From the NCBI GenBank assembly GCA_018062515.1, contig JAGOSC010000001.1, positions 40,765-104,764 on the forward strand: a DNA stretch of 64,000 nt, given 5' to 3'. The notes under the pieces were generated by a model. The model was not told the origin of the DNA. It did not search any database and saw only the letters and a list, made by a program, of their open reading frames with translations. Of this stretch, positions 63,701 through 64,000 are shown in pieces (within the stretch, counting starts at the first letter, position 1; each line of letters opens with the position of its first letter). Source of the stretch: Candidatus Omnitrophota bacterium (GTDB taxonomy: Bacteria > Omnitrophota > Gorgyraeia > Zapsychrales > Zapsychraceae). The position numbers and the translations under genes are program-made.

Positions 63701-64000
63701 TCCTTACCTTGTCCAGATGGGCCCTCAATAATCATCCCGCGTTTGCCTTGTAATGTCTGCGGATTTTTAACCCGCTCTTGACGCATATTTAAAAAATCTT
63801 GAATATCCGCCGTTAATTCCGCTGTAGAGTCGTTGAAAAAGAATTTATCTTTTTTAAAACGTTCGCCAAATTTTTTTTGAATGTCTGCTATCCGTTGTTG
63901 ATCAAGATCGTTCACTAAAACACCATACTTTTCTCGAATCAAATACGTAAATGCTTTTTTCTCCTCTTCAGAAAAATTTCCTTTATAAATAATCCAAGCG
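54757..64000 (-). CDS. Giant-family protein P4 (more than 3080 aa, 5' end beyond the window): degenerate AAA_5 (MoxR/midasin-like) ATPase module, tandem HExxH motifs, nine leucine-rich-repeat cassettes, family C-terminal domain.
   Basis: The frame stays open from 63942 to 64000 (AWIIYKGNFSEEEKKAFTY-L-IREKYG...), so the track's 'M' is a TTG inside the ORF. GPSGQGKD / IVVISEMNRL / FALFATINSVDF..LSSALQNRV follow the AAA_5 motif order. HETSH at 62830-62844 and HEAGH at 62755-62769. LRRs of the LxxLxLxxTxVTDAGL type. C-terminus GGIDFNPGLLDLEIQGKG...PIIINITPITNLPLLLG. Confidence 0.9.
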   Translation of the reverse strand, partial: AWIIYKGNFSEEEKKAFTYLIREKYGVLVNDLDQQRIADIQKKFGERFKKDKFFFNDSTAELTADIQDFLNMRQERVKNPQTLQGKRGMIIEGPSGQGKDVSVVKTLTENGFKEGSVEQTATNPETTFYRITASFDTDAMVALIKKAQREGSIVVISEMNRLPSGFLEGRLNDVLTGNAAPGFALFATINSVDFHGREKLSSALQNRVIYKRLRSYNQKELTQIAVQFIDSYMVGKEVSTEDIKVMVNIHLWLQNHIENKEHQPTPREFLRMLHMRLGLPSESPEKIAEEFVYQLYLQKFLKNQKLPSREELINYQEDAKDLKIQQINMMKKIAWYLVGDLYGEVDVWEDSADANDGGGYWKEDQKAIVQRSRGFINGYWENVMFHETSHARRTRSVLRSDFQQDMEDLRHEAGHRYEFEYSVLGIPSDGLKRFAQMAADVDIETFDEWMIDGNDPLTMRTMYQYTLWTYANTLLTPEHAKNNRRESLEQFAGVLDDVFAINPVRLALKHLDAARELGLSYARVNDEEERLYQQFRGDILFSSMENDYLSIPVEEQPEEILSEEEKEEERAHSAEAIRNLGEVENVEEESHVVQNNQPLTEAELNKKKQALADRLKRNTRPTEQKIKRILDEISKDLMYEYRLLDERLEEMLSLLENPSYQGNIVDAIHQIQKSNLESTLIGQVNRLKSHIRKVSQKRMQAANESLNQKGKSNSFLNKLDKFWNDVKGHGFGQQFGDGFGEGIDMGGMIGRRHGAGVHTDSHRASKYDPKPVTPPSVKQIKLTRSTTEDTPRQPRMAQVSETFQSELNQALDAFIQIKKTPGDDFGMNGVFDLEAYFLNPSEAHVSSSGVPLTSKKTIILTGENLNEIKWNPILDEALAFLFAQGFKFTVYTDAVSYVDEITTLADLKKAIQRSTSVENEAIKKDVSSRLQRDTFELVSLQDIQRKVEEVYTYGVMRSVILKENVGDESTEKNEKLSRQEQIDLAIKILKKLGITKSNLFMDTNDYGVTELSVALLEPTKQAIFHDIKHLTELETLDMHDTDTTDKQLEYLILMSNLKNLYLNGTKVTEDAIKKFIWQHKNRDNLTVHAFGKEITIKDVPDEYKAAEQKEELSLDEQVKLTQEILKKQGESAIGIEERISKRYDRVGFTLNLSNFDIEGLKSIFLNFNRLPNLIKLTFNGPAFTDAELPYLLALPNLKEVTFYKKVVSEDAIKRFIGQHQNQNNLSVKLYYGDGWGKNDNGTVYKISDVPEKYKTAGQKEVLSSEEQLDLVTKLLKNMAFSSSFLKVEARILKNDSGELEGFNLSDLVSNDISQVLSDVNRLTNLKYLLLNSIANLTDEHLLLLKDLENLEEINLHETQVSNEAVYKFIVQHKNRDNIRVTLAHEISVKSGKFIRRHHTIGITDVPDKYKTTEQKKELSVEEKIDLAHKILKDVGVLEKGRRDLRIGVNSQGELFRLSLSLFADNKDFSKILYDVARLDTLEDLTLQGTKLKLKGNDLEQINGLKKLTRLDITNTDVGDSELSYLNNKNLETMFLRGTKVSYSGLTPLLELPNLRYVDLSGTNVSEDDIKKFLGQHMNRNNLKVISASGKTIGISDVPDEYKTEEQKKPSSLKDQVTQIKELLRNLGIKEPIVLVEGGKLKAHIDDLNDNNIDQVLAGLKDKDLTWLFLGGVTITSSKLKYFNGLLYLENLYFSRSDISNEEIYKFIVQHPNQKLEVGAGGPYLTIDDVPDEYKTAEQEKPLTVEDMARQLLKGLDVADDAIKDRIIKNDKEEVIGVILSNLTNSNINTWLFNIRLLTTLEALYLDYTQVDDTSVKYLDLLNLKFINLTDTNVTDAALPYLNKLPNLGSAIFVATKVSDDAIKNFISQHENGDNLAVISSSGKLITINDVPEEYKTAEQKKPLTLDEQIIEARKVLLELNISMDRLHVNDQGELELDLRSKHKIEDNILFRVGQLTNLKKLTFSNNRIQDSGLKYLISLKKLETLDLHFRTDTHLEEDVNVGDDTQLTDKAIYEFIVQHPNRDNLGIIYSPTETITITDVPEEYKTAGQKETLSLDEQEEIAKKILNDFGVKDLEEMKGRINIRNDAQQKWISLDLSGLKNDQMDNKLSEISRLTDLKFLNLSGSSISNAGLQHVKGLTKLIHLELKDTNISDDGLEYLKELTFLKHLDLTNTKVTDAGLPSLSKLNLESLYLDGTKITEAGLSNLLSLKNLKLLFLEAGISKDAFLKFIEQHANQKNLEILTDSNTKLTVKDLPEHKIAEQKEGLSLDDQVNLAIKILGDLGVVKLNEIKERVDLLGEEKFMKLDLSGLSIDADIIDIDNILSDISRLTNLNMLNLSGMAVTNSGLMNLKGMSNLKELMLNDTMVSDSGLGYIKDLPNLVRLDLKGTNVTNDGLAHIKSLHKLGILNLRQTKVTDAGLVQIRELPNLIILILDGTNISDNGLVHLKGLGLSSLDLEGTKVTDVGLEKHLLGLPILQSLNFKDTAVSDDAIFKLIMQYNSPEPKIFSVVSSSGKTLFLDDVPSEYKIADPKETSAALDKRLAIARKYLENLGLNKNLGKERLTLNSDGKFVLDLDNSSLDEKIMDKIFVGLEQLSDDLEELYLYNVEMKNRAKHLPKLKNLKKLQYSTNENNDVDFKYLTKIKSLKELILYKENITIAGLKNLQYLENLEYLSVYATGFKDDLLIDFLNHHKNRDNLAILTSQGHMMTLNSEKTLDAAVKDLSIEREMLKETLRFNRKGEISGLSIFGLEPEAIIKILSWPSHLENISNIKLSVEKMDDAARERILSYLKNFKFLKELVLRDADNRNLNMENIDFPENLEEINIPSLSYLEQLETVSSLKKIEIHSYDFAPNYRDEATIKNNMERVYRSLVRHKNRDNLTIKYGHDVNQKVTMSNLPDQYKKLVEEERSKQTAEEQTLSSEETLLKSMLESLVQPDAVLKNVLNRFEADGLQDKAKDLIAKIGKEMKTNAIPGQDPTKDPSDQAKVPFGKYVSGASEMQNSDKSILGKEVGGIDFNPGLLDLEIQGKGQSFNAPNVNQNLQNIHIGEGLSPIIINITPITNLPLLLGATVNEEEMLSSVR
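56400..60760 (-). repeat. Nine tandem coding cassettes in P4 (each about 130-200 aa): LRR block, FIxQHxNRDNL, then DVPDEYKTAEQK-xLSLDEQ linker. The linkers are near-identical at DNA level.
   Basis: A core of about 33 nt (ctgctccgcggttttgtattcatccggcacgtc and variants) recurs at about 56440, 57225, 57870, 58321, 58790, 59180, 59760, 60225 and 60675, each encoding DVP(D/E)EYKTAEQK on the minus strand. Confidence 0.85.

Noticed and set aside
63940-63942. Start codon of P4 as given by the ORF track.
   Set aside because: The codon is TTG (Leu in context), and the frame stays open to the window end (…KKAFTYLIREKYG…). The gene continues upstream.

Overview
This 64 kb window is AT-rich (roughly 37% GC) and every credible gene is on the minus strand; all long plus-strand ORFs are antisense to them. 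The organism is not identified.

Part 1. Running from high to low coordinates, the window has two intermixed layers.

Respiratory and heme backbone:
- Heme and aromatic-amino-acid genes: DAHP synthase, hemH, hemA, hemY-type oxidase, hemE, hemN.
- A PilZ protein sits between hemE and hemN.
- A full F1Fo ATP synthase operon: atpZ-like, atpI-like, atpB, atpE, atpF, atpH, atpA, atpG, atpD, atpC.
- A HEAT-repeat membrane protein.
- A Rieske / split cytochrome b / 979-aa octaheme cytochrome c complex, followed by two coupled membrane proteins.
- System II cytochrome c maturation: a long CcsA and a short ResB.
- A GDPD, rhodanese, MoaD, MoeA block.
- An ECF sigma / anti-sigma pair whose anti-sigma gene runs off the window start.

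Giant secreted proteins (about 33 kb, more than half the window):
- P1 20003..28264, 2753 aa.
- P2 34746..38357, 1203 aa.
- P3 38425..50334, 3969 aa.
- P4 54757..>64000, more than 3080 aa. It is 5' truncated; the 'M' at 63942 in the ORF track is a TTG inside an open frame.

Part 2. The four giants are paralogues with a constant frame and variable cargo.
- Frame, N-terminal: a Sec signal peptide plus a conserved domain of about 330 aa, 55-60% identical in P1-P3 and about 80% identical at DNA level for the P1/P2 leaders.
- Frame, C-terminal: a conserved domain of about 70 aa in all four, with consensus GGIDFNP-LLDL-I-G-G ... NI-I--G--PVIIN-TP-TN-P-LLG. I do not recognise it as any described sorting signal.
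- Cargo differs per protein:
  - P1: an M48-type Zn-peptidase (HELSH...EYDAD) plus a UbiB/ABC1-type atypical kinase.
  - P2: an HEGEH motif and an internal TM.
  - P3: a diverged tandem super-repeat of about 870 aa and a recurring RIEAQIW helix motif.
  - P4: a degenerate AAA_5 (MoxR/midasin-like) module, two HExxH motifs, and nine LRR cassettes punctuated by near-identical DVPDEYKTAEQK linkers visible as DNA repeats.

The pattern suggests a previously undescribed C-terminal-domain-dependent export or anchoring system for giant multi-enzyme surface proteins, embedded in the respiratory/heme super-operon.

Smaller observations:
- A 9-bp x4 TTGAGTT repeat array and an ECF-type promoter upstream of the sigma gene.
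- A truncated ATP synthase epsilon and a His/Thr-rich extension on the b subunit.
- TTCGAA repeat clusters upstream of hemH.
- Several inverted repeats at giant-gene boundaries.
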